Source: Candidatus Enterousia sp. (GTDB lineage Bacteria > Pseudomonadota > Alphaproteobacteria > Rs-D84). From it: a DNA stretch of 64,000 bases. The DNA is taken from the NCBI GenBank assembly GCA_045613785.1, contig JAZLBQ010000001.1, forward strand, positions 2,571-66,570, written 5' to 3'. Below the pieces are notes generated by a model, which ran no database searches, was not told the DNA's origin, and saw only the letters and a program-made list of their open reading frames with translations. The position numbers and the translations under genes are program-made. Below, piece by piece: positions 18,932-27,600 of the stretch (within the stretch, counting starts at the first letter, position 1; each line of letters starts with the position of its first letter).

Positions 18932-19468
18932 TTAGGCGTTTAGCACAGGTCGCCAAATTTCCATAACAGCATCATGGTTGGCATAGGTGTCCAGGAATTG
19001 AATAAGATTGTTTATCAAATCAATTTGGTGTGATGACCAGTTGTATTTGGGGTTCTTTAAGATAACATTGTCAAAGTATTTTTGGACAGTATAGTCGTGT
19101 TTATCTTCGTGGGTGATAAAGCGTTGTTCAAAACTGGCACTGTGCCAATCACATACCATTTCGACAAGTGTTATGTCGTTGATTTTACTGACGTCGCAAT
19201 AGTGTTCTAAGTGATGTGGTTGCATGCGGTGATGTTCGGCGTGCATTTGGCGGAATAGGTCCAGATTGGCTTTTGGGATATTGTATTCGGGGTGATAACG
19301 GAAATAAATTCTGAATGCGTATGCGGTTTGCATTGGACCAGACATTTTGTCGTTATCATGTTCGGGAAAGTGGTATCCCAACAGGCCTGCAAAATAATTC
19401 AGGCTATTTATGTGTGCGCTGGTTCTGATTTTATGAAATTCGTAAATTGTGTCGATTGATATTTGCAT
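18932..19468 (-). CDS. hypothetical His-rich protein
   Basis: 178-aa ORF with His clusters (HFPEHDND, MHAEHHRMQPHHLEHY, CDWHS). It may bind metal. I cannot name a family with confidence. Confidence 0.6.
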   Translation of the reverse strand: MQISIDTIYEFHKIRTSAHINSLNYFAGLLGYHFPEHDNDKMSGPMQTAYAFRIYFRYHPEYNIPKANLDLFRQMHAEHHRMQPHHLEHYCDVSKINDITLVEMVCDWHSASFEQRFITHEDKHDYTVQKYFDNVILKNPKYNWSSHQIDLINNLIQFLDTYANHDAVMEIWRPVLNA

Positions 19469-19526
19469 AACTGGTATTTTATCATATTTTTTTGTGTTTT
19501 TTATGTGAAAAAATTTCTACTTGCAT

Positions 19527-19563
19527 TGGGGCATAGTTTAACGGTAGAACTCCGGACTCTGAC
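19527..19563 (+). pseudogene. tRNA-Gln 5' half (truncated in the anticodon loop)
   Basis: The 38 nt at 19526..19563 are identical to 24431..24468, covering the acceptor 5' strand, D arm, anticodon 5' stem and loop CTCTGAC. The sequence then diverges. Upstream TTTCTACTTGCATTGG matches the -35 region of the intact gene, but the 33 nt carrying the -10 box are absent. Confidence 0.85.
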
Positions 19564-19756
19564 AACCTATATGCTACACAACAAAAAATCCCAGATTCCC
19601 GCATATTACAGATTGAATCACGGGCAAAATGGCCGTTTAACATTTGTGCATATCACTGCATACAGGCTGGTTTAAGTTGGTTTGTATATGGTTTCAGTTT
19701 TACATATTTTTTACACAGGAAAAGTGTTGCAAAAGCATATCAATGTGTTCAGAAAT

Positions 19757-19783
19757 TAAACCCGCCAATCGGTGGGTGTTTTT
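19757..19783 (-). terminator. probable terminator of the 24039->19784 gene set
   Basis: Hairpin ACCCACC-GATT-GGCGGGT on the minus strand, followed by a weak T-rich run. Confidence 0.5.
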
Positions 19784-22700
19784 TTATTTTCGCATAAATT
19801 CAAAATATTTAGGATCTTCTTTAAATACCTGAACATCAAATATGCCTGTTCGCATTAGCGTTTTGGCGACATCTTCATAACCTTCCTTTTCTGTATTAAG
19901 CAAGAAGCTTACCGATTTATTTTGATCAAGCAAATCGGCCGCTAGGCTATTCACATTGGCATAGGAAGAAAATTTCCCAGTTACTCTGTCATATGGCACT
20001 GCACCCTGTCTTTGGACAGCAAGCATTAAAGCCTCTCCAACGTCAGTATAGTCTTCATAAGAATTCACCACAGATGCAACGTCCCCGATCCTATACGCAG
20101 TCTGTTCTGCTGGCGTTGCACGATACGCATCATCTGATGCACCATACAAGTCTTTAGTGGCATCATATAACTGTGCCCCTAATGCATTTGCGTTTGGGTT
20201 AAGTTCATCAATTGCATGTCCGCCATTTTCATGTGCCAAGGTATTTATAAAACGTTCATAATTTTGTTGCTCATCAAAATCTATGCGGGTTTTGTTTGTC
20301 TTGGGGTAATATGCTCCGACAGTATTATCTGTGAATTTGTGAGCTTCTATAGTCGGTGCACGGTGGCGTGGAATTCCGTTCATTTCAAGCAATTTATTAG
20401 AAATTTCTTGGGCAAATATCGTTTTTTGATCTGTTGTTAGGCTGTACCAATTTTGCTTCATTGATTTTAGCCATTCGTCAGATTCAATTATATCGTGTAT
20501 TTGGTCCGCACGTAATAATGCAATTTCATCTAGTCGTTCTATTTGAACAGTATTTCCCACATCAAGTAAAACTTTGTCTGTGGTTAATTTTCTGATTCGT
20601 TCAGATCCTGCTCTTTTTGCTTTTTTGGCTTCATCGGCTGTTGTTTCCCCTTTTTCAACTAGCTTGTTTTGATAGTCTTCTACCTGTGAATATCTGGCTT
20701 TATATTCATCTATATGCTCTTGCGCGGTTCTTTTTATTTGTCGTACATCACGATTAAATGTAGAATAATTACCGGTAAAACCGTGATTTAGGACATGTTC
20801 ATAACTGATCATTTTGGAGCGTAAAACTTCTATTTTTGGATATTGTCTGGCAAATTCTGTTGGGTTGTCTAGATATAAATCAAATACTTCATCGGGGGCA
20901 GTCCGCCAAAAATCATCCAATTCTTTTTTTACTTGGGGCAAATTTGTTCTTGCTTCATTCATTATTGCTTTCATGCTTTCATCATTCAATGGGGCATCCC
21001 AAGAAACCCAATTCTTTGACATTTGTTGCATCTTTGATAAATCATTGTCTGCCATCGCTTTGAAATCATCCAACGACTGGTTGCGTGGGGCGTATTTTCT
21101 GTGAAGTTCACGCCAAACCGCTTCAACATCATCCAAATTGTCGGTGGCACGCATTTGTGGAATTTTACGTTTTAATATCAGCCAGTTGCCAGTAAGGCTA
21201 TCTTTTTGAGCCCGTTCTACAATATCTATTATGGCGTCGAATTTCTGTTTTATTGCGGCGGTACTTTTGGCTATGCGACTGGATTTTGAAATCGCCCATT
21301 TGGTAATACCGGTTATCACCGATGCCAATTGCAGGCCAATACCAACCGCACGCCATACCTGTTCCGGTTCCCAAGATTCCCAGAACCCTGCTTTGTTATC
21401 CGCCATGTCGGTACCATTTACCAACATGGTTGCCCAGATTTCGTCATCGTCTGGTATCAGGTTTGCCAGGCGGGCCAGTTCACTGTCAACTGCGTCCGCC
21501 TCGGCATCGGTCATGTCATTTTGGACATTTGCCATGCGTTGCAAGTTTTCGGCCAGCATTTTCTTGGCACACGTTGCGTTTTTACATTTATTACTTTCCA
21601 CCAAGAAATTGTCTGCAATGCCGTTTATTTTTAGTTGACTGGTTATTTCAATACCGGCACCAACGGTTTCAATGGCGGTAAATGCAATTGCAGACTTGGT
21701 CGCTGTGGCCGTGCCAGCAACAGCGGCGGTGGCGGTCCCGACGGTCGCAACAGTGATAACAATCCCAACAATTGCACCACCAACAATCATTGTAATGTTT
21801 ATACCCCTTTGCAGGTTTTGTGCAGATGCAGATGATGGCAATACGCAACTTTGTGTTTTATCGTCCCATTTTGCAGCCTTGCATTCTGGACATTCTTTCA
21901 GGTTTGATTTTCGCAAGACTTCGCATTGTTGTTCGCCCAAGCCGATACAACGTTTGCCGCTGTATGTGCCGCCTGTGACGATACAGGACATTCCCTGAAC
22001 ACCACCGGCAACAGTCTTTTTCCATTTTTCATTTATATCATTAAAAACAAAGTCTATTTGATTGTCACCAACACGACATGTTTTTATGTCGTCTTTGAAA
22101 TCGGTTATGCCATTTCTTGCACAGCCCGTGCCGGTATATGTATTAAACCCAGAATCACATTTGACCGATGATTCCGATACACCCGCACGTTCGGCAACAT
22201 ATTGTTTCAGATATGTTTCAACATTGGGCGCATTTGTAACCTGAATGCCGTGACAGAATACAAAGTTATCAATGCCGTATGCTGTTTTTAGGTCTTTTTG
22301 TTTGGTGACTGTATTAAAGTTTATTTCGCATTTTCCATTTTTATATTCTGCTATATACCCAAATTTGGCCATGGATTGGTTTATTTTTGCACATTTTGCA
22401 CTGTCTGCCGCACAGGATGCAGACCAACATGTGGCGGTGCCACTGACATTTGTGCCGCCGCCCGCACAGCCGGCCGTGGTTGGTTTTGCATCATACATAC
22501 GACAGATTGCGTTTTGAATGCTGTTCTTTATGATTTGGTCTTTTGGTTCTTCTAAATCGTCAAACACGAATTCATAGTATGCGTTTTGGTTATGTGATGT
22601 GCACATTAACGTGTAGTCTAAGGTGCCTTTATCAAAGTTGCCTTTGCATTGTCCTGTTGTGTCGTTGTGTTTTAATCGTGCGTATTCCTTGGCTAATGTT

Positions 22701-23110
22701 TGGCCTGGGGTCAAATTGACCTGGGTTCCGCCATAGATTTTGTTTGTAAAGAAATCATCAACGCATATATAGCCGGCTTTGCCTTTGTATTGTTTGTCGC
22801 ATGCGTGATAAAATTTTATATTTGCTTTTTTAACCAGCGTATTTACAAATTTTTGACATTGTGATTTGCCGTCCGATTTTTTGATGTCCCAGCCAGCAAT
22901 TGCACAAATATTCCATAATTTTTGGGCGGATATACCAGTGCCATTGGATTGCTTTATTTGATTGTTATATTCGCTGATTACAGAAAATTGTTTTTCGGCT
23001 GGCACGAATTCTTTTACAACAGATTCCACCGTAGATGGATTTATGTGAATGTTTGCCAAACATGGTGTAATAAAAAACAGCGATAATAATGTCAGGGCTA
23101 TTTTTTTCAT
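19784..23110 (-). CDS. large membrane-spanning protein: Cys-rich ectodomain, Gly/Ala/Thr-rich TM region, ~500-aa C-terminal domain (hypothetical)
   Basis: The ATG at 23110 overlaps the upstream stop (ATGA) and gives signal peptide MKKIALTLLSLFFITPCLA. About 430 aa with >30 Cys come first. Next is ITMIVGGAIVGIVITVATVGTATAAVAGTA and a second hydrophobic segment. The long charged C-terminal domain contains the HENGGH motif. Confidence 0.75.
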   Translation of the reverse strand: MKKIALTLLSLFFITPCLANIHINPSTVESVVKEFVPAEKQFSVISEYNNQIKQSNGTGISAQKLWNICAIAGWDIKKSDGKSQCQKFVNTLVKKANIKFYHACDKQYKGKAGYICVDDFFTNKIYGGTQVNLTPGQTLAKEYARLKHNDTTGQCKGNFDKGTLDYTLMCTSHNQNAYYEFVFDDLEEPKDQIIKNSIQNAICRMYDAKPTTAGCAGGGTNVSGTATCWSASCAADSAKCAKINQSMAKFGYIAEYKNGKCEINFNTVTKQKDLKTAYGIDNFVFCHGIQVTNAPNVETYLKQYVAERAGVSESSVKCDSGFNTYTGTGCARNGITDFKDDIKTCRVGDNQIDFVFNDINEKWKKTVAGGVQGMSCIVTGGTYSGKRCIGLGEQQCEVLRKSNLKECPECKAAKWDDKTQSCVLPSSASAQNLQRGINITMIVGGAIVGIVITVATVGTATAAVAGTATATKSAIAFTAIETVGAGIEITSQLKINGIADNFLVESNKCKNATCAKKMLAENLQRMANVQNDMTDAEADAVDSELARLANLIPDDDEIWATMLVNGTDMADNKAGFWESWEPEQVWRAVGIGLQLASVITGITKWAISKSSRIAKSTAAIKQKFDAIIDIVERAQKDSLTGNWLILKRKIPQMRATDNLDDVEAVWRELHRKYAPRNQSLDDFKAMADNDLSKMQQMSKNWVSWDAPLNDESMKAIMNEARTNLPQVKKELDDFWRTAPDEVFDLYLDNPTEFARQYPKIEVLRSKMISYEHVLNHGFTGNYSTFNRDVRQIKRTAQEHIDEYKARYSQVEDYQNKLVEKGETTADEAKKAKRAGSERIRKLTTDKVLLDVGNTVQIERLDEIALLRADQIHDIIESDEWLKSMKQNWYSLTTDQKTIFAQEISNKLLEMNGIPRHRAPTIEAHKFTDNTVGAYYPKTNKTRIDFDEQQNYERFINTLAHENGGHAIDELNPNANALGAQLYDATKDLYGASDDAYRATPAEQTAYRIGDVASVVNSYEDYTDVGEALMLAVQRQGAVPYDRVTGKFSSYANVNSLAADLLDQNKSVSFLLNTEKEGYEDVAKTLMRTGIFDVQVFKEDPKYFEFMRK

Positions 23111-24039
23111 TTCAATACCCCCGTACATTTTTCGGCAACCGTTGCTACTTTTTTGATTGCACTGATTTGCGTTGCATTGAACACAGTTGCCATGGCGGAT
23201 GCCGCCGTTGTCCCAATTGCCAATGTGTTTGCCGCAGTATTTAGATTTTTTTCTTTTTGCTTGCCAGATTCTGTATTATCGTTGCGTGTTTTGTCTGTGT
23301 TTGCGGTGGCGGATATGATTGTTCCGGTCAGCCCAGTTGCGGCACCAACGGTAGATGATATCATTGCACCCTTGGCACGATTGTTGATTTTTGATATGTC
23401 AACATACTCGTATTCGCCACAGGCTGTGGCAATAGATTGTGCCTCAGTAATATCCTCGCCATTTATTCGTGCCTGTATTATGGATTTTTGCAAGGTTTTG
23501 ACACTGCTGATACAGTTATTGATTTGTGTTTGCAGGTCAGCATCTACTTTGTTCGTGCCGGCAATAATTGCACCGGCCACATTGGTTGCTGTGCTACCCG
23601 CCATTAAACCAGTACGCCAGTTGCCCAGTTTTTTGGATTGTTTGGTTAATTTATCTAACTCGGCCTGTGCGCCATCTATATCTTTGATTGCAATGTCATA
23701 GGATTGTTCAAACTCCGTCAGAAACGCCTGTTGTTCGGCATCGGTGGGATAGATTGCGTTTTTCTCTAATTATTCCAGCTCTTTGATAAGTTTTTCTAAT
23801 TCTTCGGCTTGATTGTCTTTGGATTGTTTTACGAACCCCGTGACCGTTGCACCAATGCCGGCCGCCGTTCCAACAGATGTAATTGCGGTGTTTATGCCGG
23901 CCATTGTTTTCAACTCACTCAATTCATCATCAATTCCCACACATGTAGCGTATGTGGCACGTAACGCATCATCCAACGGCAATATATTTGCCGATGCCAC
24001 AAATGGGAAAATTATAAAAAACAAGGTAATATATCGCAT
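23107..24039 (-). pseudogene. secreted Gly/Ala/Thr-rich repeat protein interrupted by a single in-frame TAA (23770..23772)
   Basis: Track ORFs 23770..24087 and 23107..23604 are in the same frame (483 nt apart). The 165 nt between them have no further stop and no ATG/GTG/TTG until 23604. The ATG at 24039 gives signal peptide MRYITLFFIIFPFVASA. Four similar G/A/T-rich hydrophobic modules span both halves. Confidence 0.55.
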
Positions 24040-24392
24040 GACTACATTCGTGTGAATTGTATCATATATTTGCATGGATTTATACACAATTTTTACATGC
24101 GTAGGCTTGTGGTGTAATGGGAAGAGAAATGTGAAAATATATTCAAAAATTATTTCAAAATGCCCCGGTTTTACATAGGAAGTAGTGGTTTTTTGTGCGT
24201 TTTTCAGATCAGCGGACTAGCGGAACAATGGTCTGGAAAAATTAAAAGTGGCGGGAATATGGTGTTTTTAATGTAAAATCAAGGTGATGGTTATTGTTTA
24301 GGGGTGTATTAGATACATATTTTATATGTATAAAAGTGCTTTCATTTTGCAAAAATTTTTACATATTTTTTACATGGGGATTAACTTTCTGC

Positions 24393-24421
24393 TTGCATTG
24401 GAAATAAAAAAGCCTTATAAT
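24393..24421 (+). promoter_or_regulatory. sigma70-type promoter of tRNA-Gln
   Basis: TTGCAT-N17-TATAAT. The -10 box ends 10 nt before the mature tRNA 5' end. Confidence 0.7.
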
Positions 24422-24431
24422 CCGCCGTGCT

Positions 24432-24505
24432 TGGGGCATAGTTTAACGGTAGAACTCCGGACTCTGACTCCGTCAGTGTTGGTTCGAATCCAGCTGCCCC
24501 AACCA
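24432..24505 (+). tRNA. tRNA-Gln (anticodon CUG)
   Basis: 74-nt cloverleaf folded by hand. Acceptor TGGGGCA/TGCCCCA, D arm GTTT/GAAC, anticodon loop CTCTGAC, T arm GTTGG-TTCGAAT-CCAGC, encoded CCA. Close to E. coli tRNA-Gln. One C-U mismatch at 27-43. Confidence 0.9.
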
Positions 24506-24650
24506 AGATTCTATTGTCCCCTTTTTGGGGGCGTTTTTTTATTAGATAGGGATAGGAATAAAAGAATAATTTTATTGATTATTTATTCTGATGTGCTATG
24601 AATTGTTTATCTGTAATTTTCAGAAATTTGTTTTTAGAAAAGGAGAGCTC

Positions 24651-27600
24651 ATGTCCAATACAAAACATTTGGCGGATTTTTTGAAAGTCTGCAGTTTATT
24701 GCCAGCATTGGCGATTATGCCTGCAATGGCGGAAACTGAGATTATTGAAGAACGATTGAATTTGACGGCTGATAAAATTTATCAAACAGATGTTTTGGCG
24801 GATGGGGTAGTTGGTTCGCAAGGTGGCGTTTTCTATGTCGGTAAGGATGTTGGACTGGTCTTTCAAGATGACGCGACGTTTAAAAATAATGTTGCACAGG
24901 GAAAAAATGTCCATGGTGGGGCAATCTATAATGAAGGTCGGGTTGATTTCGCAGATGATGCAACTTTTTCTGGCAACAAGACTTATTCTGGCGGTGGTGC
25001 AATTAGAAACTTGGCATCAGGATTGATGACTTTTAATGGTGATGCAGAATTTGATGGAAATTTGGTTCTGTATTCCAAAGACAATAGCGTTGGTGGCAGT
25101 GGAGCTGCAATAAATAATAACGGTAAAATCGTTTTTAATGGTGAAGCAACTTTTAAAAATAACAGTGCCTTAGATAGAAAAGATAGCTATTCACAGGGTG
25201 GGGCGATTTACAATGGTGGTGAATTAGTATTTAACGGCACTGCAAAATTTACAGGAAATGCTAGTTATAACAAAGGTAGTGTAATAGAAAATACTGCTGC
25301 TGGTAAAATAACTTTTAATAAGGGCCTTGTTGTAAATGGTAATGGAACAGATTTAAAAGGAAATTCTTCGAACGGTATAAATAATTCAGGAACCATGAAT
25401 ATCTCTGGTGGTGATGTAATTATTACAAACAATAATACTGGCGGAATTGCTGGGATTTCAACTGGTGCTGTGTTGAATATTGATGCAGGTGATTCCGGTA
25501 AGATTTTATTTGAAAATAATACAACACGGGATTCTATTGTTGGGTTGTATTCTTCAGGCAGTGAAACAACATTGTTAGCTGATTTAATCTCGTTTAAAAA
25601 TAATGTTCAGACAAGTAATACTGCCAAGGTTTATGGTGGTGCAGTTTATAATGGTGGGTCTGGTTCAGATCAGGGTGTGCTGAAACTGTTGGCGAAAAAT
25701 ATTGTCTTTGAAGGAAATACTTTGAACGGTTTCCAGGACGGGCATAAAAAAATTGGCGGTGCAGCACTGTATAATCGTGGTGGTGGCGATTCTGCTAGTG
25801 TGACAGAAACATTTGTTGGTTTGGCAGACGGAACAAGCACGATCTTGTTCAAAAACAATTCTTCGGCACAGCATGGAGGGGCGATTTTTGGGCGAACAGA
25901 TGACGGAACTGGTTTTGATGCACAGTTGACTTTGACTGGTAATGTTGAATTTTCTGGAAATAGTGCCGGTGAAAACGGTGGTGCTATTATGAACTGGACC
26001 GATGGTCGTGGTGGATTGACTGATATCAATATTGTTGGAAATGTTTCTTTTGAAAATAATATCGCTGGTAAAAGTGGAGGGGCTATTTTCAATAGCGGAA
26101 CAGTTGATTTAAGCAAAGCTGTTGCTGAATTTGAAGGAAATATCGCCAAAGGTAATTATGGTGGGGCAATTTATAATGCCGCTTCTGGTAAGTTCGTAAA
26201 TTTGACAGCAGAGTTTGAAGAGAACAAGGTTCAAAATGATGATTTCGCTGCCGGTGGTGCAATTGCAAATATTGGAAAGATTGCTGAACTGACTGGGGAA
26301 TTTGAAGAAAATTCTGTTCTTGCAACAACTGATAATGTTATAACATCCGCAAAAGGTGGTGCGATTTATACGTTTGCTGGTTCAACAATTGACTCAATCG
26401 TTGCTGACTTTGATGGTAATTTTGCTATCAGTGGTGGTGAAGCAATGGGTGGTGCAATCGTTAATGATGGTAAAATCGGAAAACTGCATCAGTTAAAAGA
26501 TGGTTTTGTAAATAATAAGGTTGATGCCAAGGTTTATGCCTGGGCAGGTGCGTTGTATAACAGTCAAGGGGCAACAATTGATGAATTAAAGGCGGACTTT
26601 ACTGCTAATTCTGTTAAAGGGGCATTGTGGTCCGTTGGTGGTGCGGTATTGAATTATGGCACTGTTGGCACATTGACTGGTAATTTTACAAATAATTCTG
26701 TAGTGGCAACTGAACAAGATGGGTCAGCATTGGGGGGGGCAATATTGAACTTTGATACTATCCAGGCATTGAGTGGTAATTTCATTGGAAATACAGCGTC
26801 AGCTGCAACAGCAGAGTATGCAATGGGGGGGGCAATTGAAAACTATTCCGGGACAATCAATGTCGTTGGGGATAATTTGTTCCACAAGAATATGGCTGAT
26901 TATGGTGGGGCAATTGACAACAATGATGTGCTGAATTTGACAGGTAAAAACGTATTTACTGGCAACAAGGCAAATTATGATGGTGGGGCAATTTATAATG
27001 CTGGCACGTTGAATTTGGCTGGGGAAATCATCTTCGCTGATAACGTTCATGGAAAATATAATGCTGCCAATGACATCGTAAATGAAGGTGCTTTGAATAT
27101 TACAGCAGGAACAACAACCTTTGGTGGTGGTGTCAAGGGAACTGGTGATTTGGTATTGGCCGAAGGGGCAATATTAAATATTGGCACAACTACAATTCAT
27201 CAGGGGACTATCAATTTACAGGGAACTGTTATCGCTTCGCTGGTAAATAATCAGCGTGGAAATGGATATGGTCGTTTCGTTGGTGATATCACAGTCGGGG
27301 CAAATGCAATGTTTGAATTGAACGTTGGTGCCGTTGGAACATATAATATCTGGGATGGTAATGTGATTAGTAAAGATCAGATTATTGTCGGTGATATATA
27401 TGAAATTGCAAATATTGATACCAATGGTGTTCAAATTGTGACTAAATCTGTCGAAAAGGTTGCACAAGATGTTGGACTTTCAACCCAGGCGGCGGGTGCG
27501 GTTGTAAGTATGGCAAATTCAAATATTGGTAAATCGCATCAGATTTCTTTGGCGTTGCAAAATGCGTTGAACAGTGGCGATGCAGAATATGTCGAGGCAG

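Noticed and set aside
19463-19675. Plus-strand ORFs 19463..19675 and 24326..24601, which share the peptide LGHSLTVELRTLT
   Set aside because: The shared peptide is simply the translation of the duplicated tRNA-Gln 5' half. There is no evidence for coding.
20216-20233. HENGGH in the 1108-aa protein as a zinc-metalloprotease (zincin) motif
   Set aside because: The spacing is HExxxH, not the canonical HExxH, and I could not identify a third ligand motif. A protease or toxin call is not supportable from the sequence alone.
21231-23701. Several plus-strand ORFs of 60-182 aa (21231..21638, 21322..21681, 21672..21998, 22272..22517, 23153..23701 and others)
   Set aside because: All lie antisense within the long minus-strand genes 19784..23110 and 23107..24039. 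Their translations are low-complexity mirror images (Ala/Val/Pro/Cys-rich), and they lack an RBS. I treat them as shadow ORFs.
19564-24430. Annotating the tRNA-flanked cassette as a mobile element or genomic island
   Set aside because: No integrase, transposase, inverted repeats or conjugation/phage genes are present, and the duplicated segment is the 5' rather than the 3' tRNA part. I report it as a finding, not as a mobile_element feature.
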